Below are positions 9,245 through 19,156 of a DNA stretch of 32,000 nucleotides, in pieces. How positions within the stretch are numbered: the first letter of the stretch is position 1; every line of letters begins with the position of its first letter. A program made the translations under genes and the position numbers. The stretch is from Prevotella phage Lak-C1. The notes below the pieces were generated by a model. The model did not search any database. It was given only the letters and a program-made list of their open reading frames with translations, and was not told the DNA's origin. The stretch is taken from the sequence record MK250029.1. One strand, given 5' to 3'.

Positions 9245-10630
9245 TTAATTTTGTTTAATTTTATTAATCTCATTATTAATGTTTAACAAGAATTTCTTAA
9301 ATTCATTGATATTCCATCCTGTATATGAATTAAACTCTTCATATTTAATATCTAAGGATAATAATTCTCGTTTAATATAATATTCTATATTAGTATTATC
9401 TACAATTTCTTTTATATCATATAAGTCATTAACAACTTTATTTTTTATAAGAATTTTCATAGGTGGAAATCCTTCTCCTTTGTTAACATTATCTTCTGAA
9501 ACTTCTGAACATATATCATATAATAATTCAAATTCACTGTATGTTAATACATCTATTGTTAATAAATCTTCATTTTGATATGTATCTGGATCCTATCCTT
9601 CTAATGTGATAATATCTTCCAAATCCATAAAATAATCATCATCTGTTAAATGATTAATTGCATCAATATCAATGTTTACTCTATATATTTTAGGATAATA
9701 ATGGTTATCACCACCATCACCATATTCAAATTCACCTACGTCAAATTGTTCTGTACTTCTATCAAATCCAAGTTTTAAGAAATCCCATTCATTCAATACT
9801 CTTGCAGATTTATGTTCTTTCTATGTTTTTGTACCTGTATCATATAAATCAAAATATCCGTTCATAAATGATCGTAAATCAATTAATGATAAATCCTAAT
9901 CAAATGATGTACAACCATATAGTAAATAACTTATATCCATATTTTTTGTTATATTCCATTTCTATATAGGCTAATTGAATTTTCTACAATTATAAAACAT
10001 ATATGATAAATTTTCAGCGCTAGATATATCCCAATTACTTATATCCTAATTAAATGATGAACAACCATAAAACATAGAATCGAATCTTGTAACTTTACTT
10101 ACATCCCAATTACTAATATTGCAGTTAAATGTTGTACAGTCATAAAACATATTTATCATTGATGTTACTTTAGATGTATCCCATTTACTTAAATCACAAA
10201 CATCTTTACATCCGTTAAATGTACCAACCATGGATGTTACATGAGATGTATCCCAATCTGAAACATCCCAAAATATATACTGTCTGTTAAATGTATTAAT
10301 ATTAAATAATTGGTCTAACATAGTGACATTAGAAATATCAAGCCAATTTAAATTAAAAGTATCAACTTTATCTTTATATAATTGTTGTTTTATATCTGCT
10401 ATTATATGAACCAATTCACTAAAATCTTTTACTTTATATTTAAATGCATCCTAACATACTAATTCTAAATCATCATCAGATACAACCATACCTTTTAATA
10501 ATTGTTCATGTATTTTTTTAGCATCATCTTCTAATAAATCATTAGTCATACTTATGTTATCATCATTAAATAATTCATCATCGTCATCATCAAATAACGA
10601 TTCTAATAATTTCTTTATTTCTTTAATCAT
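9245..10630 (-). CDS. BspA-type / DUF285 repeat surface protein, 461 aa, with 7 in-frame TAG
   Basis: Joins three ORF-track fragments (9245-9460, 9593-9796, 10046-10414) in one frame; repeats such as 'DLSKWDTSKVTSMINMFYDCTTFNCNISNWDVSKVTRFDSMFYGCSSFNQDISNWDISSAENLSYMFYNCRKFNQPIQKWNI', with TAG at the conserved FN-Q position. Confidence 0.9.
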
Positions 10631-10657
10631 AAAAATAATATGTGTATTTTTTAATAA

Positions 10658-10984
10658 TTACCAATGATAACCTAATTCTGCACCCATTGCAGCTAATACA
10701 AGTCTTGATGTTAGTAAATTTCCTAATGTACCTTTTTCATCTATACCTAAACATTTACATATAGCTTTCATAATACTCTGTCCAATTGTTGATGAAACTG
10801 CACTTCCCAATAATGCAGTAAATAAACCTTCATCTACTATATCATCTAAAGGAACACCTTCTTTTTTTGCAATTTCATTTGCTTCAACAATATAATCATA
10901 TACTTTTTTACTATCCATTATTTGCTTAGGCGTATAATTACTTAAATCAATACCTTCAAATAAATTATTATATTTTTCACTCAT
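10658..10984 (-). CDS. small Gly/Ala-rich hydrophobic protein, 108 aa (MSEKYNNLFEGIDLSN...)
   Basis: Clean ORF with TAA stop; N-terminal LFE-G motif. Confidence 0.75.
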   Translation of the reverse strand: MSEKYNNLFEGIDLSNYTPKQIMDSKKVYDYIVEANEIAKKEGVPLDDIVDEGLFTALLGSAVSSTIGQSIMKAICKCLGIDEKGTLGNLLTSRLVLAAMGAELGYHW

Positions 10985-11120
10985 AATAGTTATTATTTTA
11001 GTTAGCTTATTTTAAGATATTTATTTTTAATAATAAATAAGTTAAATAAATAATAAAAAGATAATTCAACTATATGAATTGTTTTTATAAAAGTAAAAAA
11101 TAATTTTCGAAAATTATAAT

Positions 11121-12371
11121 ATGAAAAAAACAACAAAAACTGTAAATAGCATGAGAAGTCAGAAAGCACTTTATAATGCTATTATGGAATCAGTAACTCC
11201 TCAGATTGCTAGATTAGTAAAAGAAGCAGAGGAAGCAGATGATGAAGACAAAGCATCTGATGATGTAAAGGATGCAGAGAAAAATGAATCAAACGATGTT
11301 GATGAAGCAGCACTTAATGAACTTTTTGGTTTTGGTTCATCTGTACAGAAACCAGAGAAAGCATTATCTCTTGAAAATTCTGATGATGAAAATGCAGATT
11401 TATTTATCGCTTGGTGTGCTTACTATATGTCTAAATGTAGTAATGACGCGAAGAAAGGTATGGATGCATTTTTTAAAGCTTCTGGTGATGTTATTAAGAA
11501 AGCACCTATGATGATTGTAAAAGGTATTCTTAAGTTAATGTCAGGGGCAATTAAAGGTTCTGTATTTGGTGTAGGTACAGTTGCAGCCGTTGTTCTTGGT
11601 AGTATCTCTATGTTGGTACGTTTAACAGTTTCAGGTATAGAGAAAGCAAAGGAAGCACTTGCACAATTATATAAAACAATTAGTCAAGGTATTACCACAT
11701 TTTATAAGAATTTTACTGGTGGCGCAGAGAAGATGGCTTAGGATTCATCAGATAAATTAACTGTATGGCTTGGTGTTATTTCTGGTGCACTTATGGCATG
11801 TGCAAATAAGGTTCAAGGTGCAGTTGAAACATTAGGTAATTTCTTTAAACAAGTTCTTTCAGATGCAAAGGCAAAGAAAGATGGAGCTGTTCTTCTTGTG
11901 AAGACATGGTTACAGGCAAAATCAGACGCAGTTAAATCATGGATTACTGAAACAGGAGGTGAGATTCGTAAGACTGTTATTGAAGCATGGAATGCAATGG
12001 ATAAGAAAGTTCGTAATGCATATGATAAAGTTGCAAAGAAACTTGAAGACTGGATGAATGATATTAAGGAATTAGTTCAGGAAATAGGTACAAAAATTTC
12101 TGATGCTGCTGATAAAGCAAAGGATGTTGTTATTGATAAGAAAGATAAGGCCCTTGTATGGGGTATTCAGAAAGGTGTTAAAGGTCTTTCAAAGAATTAT
12201 ACAGAAGATCAGGTTGTAGCACTTGTTCGTAAATGTTATAATGAGTCTGTTGTACCTAATACAAGAACCGGTAATATTGTTATCAATGAAGCATATTTAC
12301 ATGCAAAAGGTTCTAGAGCACGTGTACTTTATGAAAGAAAACAAGCACGTCGCGGAAAACTTTTAAAATAA
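11121..12371 (+). CDS. 416-aa helical/hydrophobic protein, possible internal virion or ejection protein, with 1 in-frame TAG
   Basis: ORFs 11121-11741 and 11793-12371 share a frame and are separated only by TAG 11739-11741; continuous coding 'GGAEKMA-Q-DSSDKLTVWLGVISGALMACANKVQGAVETL'. Confidence 0.85.
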
Positions 12372-12390
12372 TTTTAATTAATATATAATG

Positions 12391-12429
12391 ATAAAGAGAT
12401 AAATCTATCCGATAGATTTATCTCTTTAT
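12391..12429. terminator. bidirectional terminator between convergent genes
   Basis: Near-perfect palindrome ATAAAGAGATAAATCTATC-C-GATAGATTTATCTCTTTAT followed by T-rich sequence. Confidence 0.85.
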
Positions 12430-12432
12430 TTT

Positions 12433-12660
12433 TTATAATGTAAATGTAGAATATTGTTGTATTGCGTCTACAGTTTGTTGTGCAACTGGAATTTTATATT
12501 TAATCAATAATTCAATTAATTGTCGTTGTGTCAATTCAATTTTATCAGATTTAACATAAACATATTCTGTACGAACACCAGTTTTACTTAAATCAATAGG
12601 TTTACACTTTTTATCTTCTGTATCAATACTTTTAATATTACTGAAATCAATCGAAATCAT
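12433..12660 (-). CDS. hypothetical protein, 75 aa
   Basis: Clean ORF, TAA stop. Confidence 0.65.
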   Translation of the reverse strand: MISIDFSNIKSIDTEDKKCKPIDLSKTGVRTEYVYVKSDKIELTQRQLIELLIKYKIPVAQQTVDAIQQYSTFTL

Positions 12661-12689
12661 ATATAAACTAATTATTTTTAATTATTTAT

Positions 12690-12965
12690 TTATGCAGATT
12701 CTCTCATTTGTCTTTCTTTATTCCAACGCTCAAATTCCCTATTTAATTTTTTAACAGACGCTGGTGATTTACCAAATTTTAAGTCTCTAATAAATAATGG
12801 TAATTTCTTTTCAGCATCCTCTTTTATCTGTTTTTTATGAAGTCTATTTTCTCTTAGAATCCCTGCATGAATTAAACCATTATAATGTTTTTTACTTCGT
12901 ACAATAGATTCATCAATAACTTTCTTTTTATTAGAAATTACTTTTCGATTAAAAACTTTTCTCAT
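12690..12965 (-). CDS. hypothetical basic protein, 91 aa
   Basis: Clean ORF, TAA stop. Confidence 0.7.
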   Translation of the reverse strand: MRKVFNRKVISNKKKVIDESIVRSKKHYNGLIHAGILRENRLHKKQIKEDAEKKLPLFIRDLKFGKSPASVKKLNREFERWNKERQMRESA

Positions 12966-12968
12966 ATT

Positions 12969-13193
12969 TTAATAAGGATCAATTTTTATATATTTAGATA
13001 ACATTTTATTTAAATCTAAATATGGTTCTATATCAATATAATTACTTTTATTTTTAAAATTATTTTGTAATTTTTGTTTTAGTTTTTCTTTCTCTTTTTC
13101 TGATATATAATTGTTATATGAGTCATTAAGTATTTTATAGATAAGGTCTATTAACTTATTAACGTTATTATTCTTTTCTCTGAATTTAATCAT
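12969..13193 (-). CDS. MIKFREK... small coiled-coil protein (distal member of the MIKFK family)
   Basis: 74 aa; N-terminus MIKFREKNNNVNKLIDLIYKI similar to the 17.7-18.6 kb array; lacks the obvious HxH motif. Confidence 0.65.
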   Translation of the reverse strand: MIKFREKNNNVNKLIDLIYKILNDSYNNYISEKEKEKLKQKLQNNFKNKSNYIDIEPYLDLNKMLSKYIKIDPY

Positions 13194-13195
13194 AA

Positions 13196-13765
13196 TTACT
13201 TAAAAACTTTAAATAAACCCATAAATTTCTTTTGCTTCATCTTTTCAATTTCTTGTTTAAGATCTGTATTTTCATTTTCAAGTTCTTTATTCTTCTTCTT
13301 AATGTCGATATAAAGATTTTCAATTTGTTCAAGATCTTGCTTATAATAATTGAATGCATTTTGATGTTCTTCTTTATTACAATGATTTATACATTTAACA
13401 AACATTTCAATAAGGAGAACAGATGATTCTTTTTGCAAATCTACTAACATTGCATTTTTTCTATCACTGTCATTATCGAAATCGAGTCCTTCATATTCTT
13501 GTGTTTTCTTTGCAAGAATTGCAGTTGATCTTATTTGATATTCATTAAATAAATCTTGAATAAATTTTCTGATACTATTAATTATATCTATTTCTTCTTT
13601 TGTTTTACCTTCAAGATCTTTTGCATCCCAATTAATTTGAGAACATACATTTTCAGGATTTGTGCCAGCTTCTTTAATTGCATCAAGTTCTTCCTGTATA
13701 TTACTTAATTCATTTTGAAATAATGATTTAATAATTTTATCTCGCTTTGTACTTAAATTTTCCAT
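13196..13765 (-). CDS. hypothetical coiled-coil protein, 189 aa
   Basis: C-terminal heptad-rich Lys/Glu segment; TAA stop. Confidence 0.8.
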   Translation of the reverse strand: MENLSTKRDKIIKSLFQNELSNIQEELDAIKEAGTNPENVCSQINWDAKDLEGKTKEEIDIINSIRKFIQDLFNEYQIRSTAILAKKTQEYEGLDFDNDSDRKNAMLVDLQKESSVLLIEMFVKCINHCNKEEHQNAFNYYKQDLEQIENLYIDIKKKNKELENENTDLKQEIEKMKQKKFMGLFKVFK

Positions 13766-13884
13766 CTTAATTTTTTATATTGAATATGTAAATTGAATTT
13801 ATATATTATATAAAAAAGTAGTATATATGTTTAACTTATTTTTTATTTATTACACTGATAAATATAATAAATAAACTTATATTT

Positions 13885-14241
13885 ATGACTACTGTATATA
13901 TAGATTCTATCTTATACTCACCAAAAGATTATAACACTATGTATAATTATAATCAATATAATCCTTTTGAAAATAAACAAAATAATATTTTAGATATTAT
14001 TAATACAACCAAAAAAGATGATGTTATTACAGGTGATGAATATTTTATATATAAAAATCCTGATGGTACATTAAAGAAAATGGATATAAACGGAATTAGT
14101 GAGATGATATATAACAAAATGAAAAAACATCTTATATCTGATCATGATAAAACATAGGATACAAATATTAAAAACATTACCAACAAAGTTAATAATATTG
14201 ATAATATTAATATATGGACAGAATTTAAAGAAAAAAATTAA
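13885..14241 (+). CDS. putative virion-associated protein, 118 aa, with 1 in-frame TAG
   Basis: ORF 13885-14157 ends at TAG 14155-14157; the frame continues QDTNIKNITNKVNNIDNINIWTEFKEKN to TAA 14239-14241. Confidence 0.65.
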
Positions 14242-14256
14242 TTATTATATCGTTTT

Positions 14257-14424
14257 ATGAATAATTTAAATAACTTATTTATGTTTGTAAAAGAAGGAAA
14301 TACTGCTGCTTTTAAATTGGATTATAAAAAGTCTCCAGAAAAATATTATGATAAAATAGTATTTATTCTTGAAACAAAAGAAATTATAACACACGGTACT
14401 ACATTTTGTGGAACCACTATTTAA
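14257..14424 (+). CDS. small protein, 55 aa (MNNLNNLFMFVKEGNTAAFKLDYKKSPEKYYDKIVFILETKEIITHGTTFCGTTI)
   Basis: Below ORF-track size cutoff; shares the K-I-x-F-x-x-x-T-x-E-I-x-T-x-G motif with the next gene. Confidence 0.6.
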   Translation: MNNLNNLFMFVKEGNTAAFKLDYKKSPEKYYDKIVFILETKEIITHGTTFCGTTI

Positions 14425-14444
14425 AATAAATTAAATTATATTAT

Positions 14445-15041
14445 ATGTTAACTACTATTAATGAGTTATTTGTTTTTGTACCTGCTGGTATGGGACAAAC
14501 CTTTATTAAGCGTTATGCTACAGATGAAGCGTACAAACATAAAATTTCATTTGTTGAAGAAACAGGAGAGATCTATACAAATGGGAAATGTTTTGGAACT
14601 AATTATAAATCTGCTATTGATGAATTATCTGGAAAGGTTTAGGAAGTTAAAGAAAAGAATACAGAACTTGCTGAACTTCTAAAAGGATTTAATCCCGACT
14701 CAATTAAAACAATTAATGACTGGATTAAACAACATGGTACTGATTTTACAACATTATCTGGTAAAGTAACAAATAATAAAGAAAATATTGATAAATTAAA
14801 GGGTGATGTTGAAAAAATACAAAAGGATTTAGCAGACTTAAATAATATATCTATTTGGACAGAATTTGTTGTAGATACCGACATGCCACCTGTTACAGAA
14901 ACAACAAAAATAATCGAGACTAAAGAAGCACTTGATACATTAGAAAATACAGAAAACGAAGATATTGCTGTAACATCTAATGAAGCTATGGAATATTTCC
15001 ATAATAAGGACGCAAAAACATTTAAAAATATAACACTTTAA
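14445..15041 (+). CDS. putative tail/fibre-associated structural protein, 198 aa, with 1 in-frame TAG
   Basis: ORF 14445-14642 ends at TAG 14640-14642 and continues in frame to TAA 15039-15041; 'HKISFVEETGEIYTNGKCFG' module followed by coiled coil. Confidence 0.7.
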
Positions 15042-15047
15042 TAAATT

Positions 15048-15749
15048 ATGGGAAAGCTTATAAATGGAACAGATGCATGGTATTTAAATGCTGTTTAGAA
15101 AATATATATATCAGATTTAACTGTTGATGGTACAAAGAACCCAGCTACAAATGGCAAGATTGTTTTTAATTGTGAATCTGCAGTATTTAAAAATATAAGT
15201 CTTACTGATAAATGTACAGTTTATAATGTTTTTGAATAGGTTCAAACAAAAACACAAATTAAAAATGTAAAAATGGAAAACGTAAAAGCATTTCCATCAT
15301 TAGCACACAATATTTTAAATTTATATAATATTGCAGATAATGCAACAATTGAAATTTCAGATTGTGATTTGGATTTGAATGTTGCTAACACAAATCCAGT
15401 ACGTTTATCTAATTTAAGTAACGCATCAAATGTAACTATAACATTTAAAAATGTAAATTGGACATATGACAATATGACTATCACAGAAGATGGTAAAAAA
15501 TGGGCTGGACTTATTTTAATACAACCATTTAGTACAGATAAAGCAGATTATAAAAGAAAAGGTACAGATCAGACATTAGAATTCTATAAGAGTTGGAATT
15601 TCATCTTTGATAATTGTACATACAACGGTGAAAAAGTAACAGCAAATAATTTTGGTACAAAACAGCAAGTTATTTGTCCATGTGATATTAATGCAAATGC
15701 ACAAGTTGAAGATGCAGAAAAATTAGGATTTAAAATAACATTTAAATAA
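15048..15749 (+). CDS. putative virion surface/fibre protein, beta-rich, 233 aa, with 2 in-frame TAG
   Basis: ATG 15048 upstream of ORF 15273-15749 in the same frame, through TAG 15096-15098 and 15237-15239; repetitive beta-strand-like 'ATIEISDCDLDLN...NVTITFKNVNW...NFIFDNCTY'. Confidence 0.7.
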
Positions 15750-15764
15750 TATATAATATATTAA

Positions 15765-15800
15765 TAAAAAAGGATACATACGGAAATATGTATCCTTTTT
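15765..15800. terminator. bidirectional terminator between convergent genes
   Basis: 14-bp stem AAAAAGGATACATA / TATGTATCCTTTTT. Confidence 0.8.
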
Positions 15801-15804
15801 ATAT

Positions 15805-16197
15805 TTAAACTAATTCATAATATGTCAATACTTTACAATATCCACAATCCCATGAATCATAATAAAATCCATTTATACATGCTACTACATGTCCTCTTAA
15901 ATTTAATAAAAAATGACCATTATTATGTTGTTTAACAAATTCACTTACTGTTAAACGATGCTGTCCTTTATGCAGTTTCCCAAATGAACGTTTAATATAA
16001 CCATGATTCTTTAACCAAAGTTCTATAATTTTCCATTCATTTGGCATACGTTTCTTTTTTCTACCTAAATCACAAAGTTCATCATAACATGTTATCCAAT
16101 CTCTATCAGTCAATTTCATCATTGCACGTATTGCACAATCATCTGCATTCTTCTTTTGGGATTCAAATTTTATATAACGGTCATTCATAATAAACAA
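15805..16197 (-). CDS. papain-like-fold cysteine peptidase-like protein, 130 aa
   Basis: 'NADDCAIRAMMKLTDRDWITCYDELCDLGRKKKRMPNE' ... 'GHFLLNLRGHVVACINGFYYDSWD': Cys...His...Asp order typical of this phage/bacterial family; catalytic role inferred. Confidence 0.55.
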   Translation of the reverse strand: MFIMNDRYIKFESQKKNADDCAIRAMMKLTDRDWITCYDELCDLGRKKKRMPNEWKIIELWLKNHGYIKRSFGKLHKGQHRLTVSEFVKQHNNGHFLLNLRGHVVACINGFYYDSWDCGYCKVLTYYELV

Positions 16198-16276
16198 TAT
16201 AAATTTATATAATAATATATTAAACTATTTCTTAAAACGATAAAATCTGGAAACACACCATTCCCAGATTTTACTA

Positions 16277-17230
16277 TTACATATCATATTCATGTTTCTT
16301 ATCTAATTCAGAATCGATTACTTTATAAAAGTCATATATATATTGATTAAAATAATCATTAAAGAAATTATATATTTTCTTTGCAGTTATCTTATCATTT
16401 CTTGTTAATTTATAATCGAACCTTTTTATCTTTTCAATATAATCTTTATCAATTCCAAAATCTCTTACATTCAATTTTGTTAAGAAATAACCTAAATAAA
16501 ATACAGGTCTTATCTCATTAGGATCTTCATCCATAAAATGGAATAAAAAGAAATAAAATAAATTATAATAATTAGAATCAATAAAATTATTAATTAATGT
16601 ACATACACGTTTAAATCCATGATTACCGTAACATATTAAATCAATCTGCTGTTGTGTTAACGCATTTACTTTATTTTGTATACATTCAATTCTATTCAAT
16701 TTTTCTGATGGAGATAATAATGATAACATTCTTGTAGCAAATAAAAAATCTACAGATGATATATCAATATCATTTTTCAAATAATGTACAAGTGTCATAT
16801 TATCTTTTATATATACTCTATGTGTTAAACAGAATTCTAAATAAAATAATTGAGTTCTTAGATAATGTTTATATTTGTTAATATCTGTAGATACATAATG
16901 TACATTTATAAAAATATACATACCATCATCATTTAATTTAATATCTACATATTGATAATCATTTTCATCATAATAATGAACATATATAGGAACAGTATCA
17001 CCATTTTGTGTCATACAACCATATATGGCATACATACTTTCTGAATTCAATTCATATTTAATTGATAACTCAAATTCATGTTCAAAATTTTCTTCTATTG
17101 CAATATCAATAGCTTCATCTGCAATTTTTGTATGAATTAAAGAGCATTTTGAATAAAATTCTTTTAATGAATTATATCTATATGTAGGAATTATTTCTCG
17201 TATTTTATTTACAATACATTTATTAAACAT
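16277..17230 (-). CDS. hypothetical protein, 317 aa
   Basis: Clean long ORF, TAA stop. Confidence 0.75.
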   Translation of the reverse strand: MFNKCIVNKIREIIPTYRYNSLKEFYSKCSLIHTKIADEAIDIAIEENFEHEFELSIKYELNSESMYAIYGCMTQNGDTVPIYVHYYDENDYQYVDIKLNDDGMYIFINVHYVSTDINKYKHYLRTQLFYLEFCLTHRVYIKDNMTLVHYLKNDIDISSVDFLFATRMLSLLSPSEKLNRIECIQNKVNALTQQQIDLICYGNHGFKRVCTLINNFIDSNYYNLFYFFLFHFMDEDPNEIRPVFYLGYFLTKLNVRDFGIDKDYIEKIKRFDYKLTRNDKITAKKIYNFFNDYFNQYIYDFYKVIDSELDKKHEYDM

Positions 17231-17267
17231 TGTATTAACTAATGTTATTTAATATATTTATTAATAA

Positions 17268-17486
17268 TTACTTATATCTATATGAAATACGTCCCTTCGT
17301 CAAATCATATGGAGACATCTCTACCTTTACCTTATCTCCTGTAATAAGTTTAATATAATTCATTCTAAGTTTACCAGCAAGTACACAACTAATTTCAAAT
17401 CCGTTTTCTAACTCTACTTTGAATCTTGTACTTGGAAGACATTCTGTAATAATGCCATTCATTTCTAATGCTTTTTCTTTTGCCAT
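17268..17486 (-). CDS. infA: translation initiation factor IF-1
   Basis: 72 aa [72 protein letters not shown]; near end-to-end match to bacterial IF-1 (MAKE..IE..G.V.E.L.N..F.VELENG......GK.R.NYI.....GDKV.VE..PYDL.KGRI..R). Confidence 0.97.
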   Translation of the reverse strand: MAKEKALEMNGIITECLPSTRFKVELENGFEISCVLAGKLRMNYIKLITGDKVKVEMSPYDLTKGRISYRYK

Positions 17487-17504
17487 GTTAAATTATCAAT
17501 TTTA

Positions 17505-17699
17505 TTATTCATATGAGAAATAAATATCATGAGTTTTATACTCATCATTCTCATCAAATACAGATATATTTATCTTATTTCCTTTAATACGTTTAATAAA
17601 CAACTTTATAATATCTTTAAACGTTAATTCTATACCTTCAATATAAGGACCTTTTTCTGAAATCCTTTTTTCTACAATAAGTTTGTTTTGTAAATCCAT
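17505..17699 (-). CDS. hypothetical protein, 64 aa
   Basis: Small ORF in a tightly packed operon; TAA stop. Confidence 0.6.
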   Translation of the reverse strand: MDLQNKLIVEKRISEKGPYIEGIELTFKDIIKLFIKRIKGNKINISVFDENDEYKTHDIYFSYE

Positions 17700-17716
17700 A
17701 ATAATTATAAATAGTT

Positions 17717-17935
17717 TTATGAAGAAATTTTACGTAATTTATTAATTTGACAATTAGTATTTTTTTGAATATCAGTTAGTCGTTCTTGTCCATATATATT
17801 TAAACCATGTTTATGAATATTAAAACATATATACAAATTTAAAATATTATTATTAAGTGTTTCTATATTTTGTTCTAATATATCTAATCTGTCTTGAACA
17901 TGTTTTAACTTTGTTTTTTTCTTAAATTTAATCAT
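17717..17935 (-). CDS. MIKFK-family small coiled-coil protein 1
   Basis: 72 aa: MIKFKKKTK...ILEQNIETLNNNILNLYICFNIHKHGLN. Confidence 0.8.
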   Translation of the reverse strand: MIKFKKKTKLKHVQDRLDILEQNIETLNNNILNLYICFNIHKHGLNIYGQERLTDIQKNTNCQINKLRKISS

Positions 17936-17937
17936 AA

Positions 17938-18135
17938 TTAAAGTATTGGACTACCAGTTGAATATTTTGTATACATTCTATGCCTATGTGAATTAAATTT
18001 ATTACGTAAACATTCATAATTTTTAATCATATCTTCTTGTGTATCAGTTAGATTTTTTAATGTATCTAATATATTATCAATAGAATTTTCTATAACAGAT
18101 ATACGATCTTTTTTCTTTTCTTTAAATTTAATCAT
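17938..18135 (-). CDS. MIKFK-family small coiled-coil protein 2
   Basis: 65 aa: MIKFKEKKK...IENSIDNILDTLKNLTDTQEDM...FNSHRHRMY. Confidence 0.8.
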   Translation of the reverse strand: MIKFKEKKKDRISVIENSIDNILDTLKNLTDTQEDMIKNYECLRNKFNSHRHRMYTKYSTGSPIL

Positions 18136-18349
18136 ATGGTATTAATTTATGAAAACTAATGTGTTGTTGCATTGCTTTTTCTGATATATGACTTTTTGTA
18201 TAATGATTATGATTCAAACAAAATTGTCTTAATGAATCCGTATTATGATCTAATGCTTTAATGTTAGAATCATATGAATTAATTAAACTAATGAATTTGT
18301 TATATTCATCTATTGTTAATTCTTTTTTCTTTTCCTTAAATCTAATCAT
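18128..18349 (-). CDS. MIKFK-family small coiled-coil protein 3
   Basis: 73 aa from the internal start MIRFKEKKKELTIDEYNKF...LNHNHYTKSHI; the ORF-track start at 18400 overlaps the upstream gene. Confidence 0.75.
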   Translation of the reverse strand: MIRFKEKKKELTIDEYNKFISLINSYDSNIKALDHNTDSLRQFCLNHNHYTKSHISEKAMQQHISFHKLIPYD

Positions 18350-18350
18350 A

Positions 18351-18584
18351 TTACATTTTATATTCAACCTTTTCATCTGTTCTATGTGAACATGTTTCAA
18401 TCATACCACACTCAACAATATGTGAATGCCTGTTATATGCTGTTTTAAACCTTGTAAGATCCAAATATATCTTTTTAATTTTATCTTTTATTTGTTTTTG
18501 ATCATTCATGATATTATCTAAAAACTCATAAATATCAGATAATTCATCTCTAATAGGTTTATCTTTCTTTTTAAATTTAATCAT
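18351..18584 (-). CDS. MIKFK-family small coiled-coil protein 4
   Basis: 77 aa: MIKFKKKDKPIRDELSDIYEFLDNIMNDQ...AYNRHSHIVECGM. Confidence 0.8.
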   Translation of the reverse strand: MIKFKKKDKPIRDELSDIYEFLDNIMNDQKQIKDKIKKIYLDLTRFKTAYNRHSHIVECGMIETCSHRTDEKVEYKM

Positions 18585-18603
18585 TATTAAATTATAATTA
18601 AAA

Positions 18604-19104
18604 TTATCGAGTAATAGAAATATTCAAATCATCAAATACATTCTGATCTGCAAGAAGAATCCATCTATATTTTCCATCAGCTAAACCACATTTTCCAACA
18701 ATACAATTATCAGATGCATAGATATAGTAATATTGCTCTCCTATACCTCTTGTTCCATATGATTTAATCCATTTTGACTCATCTATAAATTTATCAATAT
18801 CAAAGATTTTTGTAACATTCTTATTATAATTACCAAATATACAATACCAATTATAATCGTCATATTTCTCATCTATGGCTTTTAATTTCATTTCCTTAAT
18901 AACATCTAGTATTTTACTAAAAAGTGTCTTAGAAATGAAATCTGATGCTTTATATCGAGGATATTTATTAACAAGACTATTATCATTCATTGACGTAACA
19001 AATACTTTCCAGTTAACTGGATTAAAACAACTCTTTGCTTGCTCCTCTCTTTTATTTGTTGTCTCAAATAATATATTCATCGTATCTCTTATCTCTTTAT
19101 TCAT
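18604..19104 (-). CDS. hypothetical protein, 166 aa (MNKEIRDTMNILFETTNKREEQ...)
   Basis: Clean ORF, TAA stop. Confidence 0.75.
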   Translation of the reverse strand: MNKEIRDTMNILFETTNKREEQAKSCFNPVNWKVFVTSMNDNSLVNKYPRYKASDFISKTLFSKILDVIKEMKLKAIDEKYDDYNWYCIFGNYNKNVTKIFDIDKFIDESKWIKSYGTRGIGEQYYYIYASDNCIVGKCGLADGKYRWILLADQNVFDDLNISITR

Positions 19105-19156
19105 TATACTATTATAGTAATATTTAAATTAATTATTATAATAATTAAAAATAAAA

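Noticed and set aside
11737-11792. Frameshift, pseudogene or two-gene interpretation of the TAG-interrupted 11121-12371 gene
   Set aside because: The frame is preserved on both sides, the sequence between TAG and the next Met is codon-like, and the same TAG pattern recurs in 12 other genes, so decay or sequencing error is unlikely.
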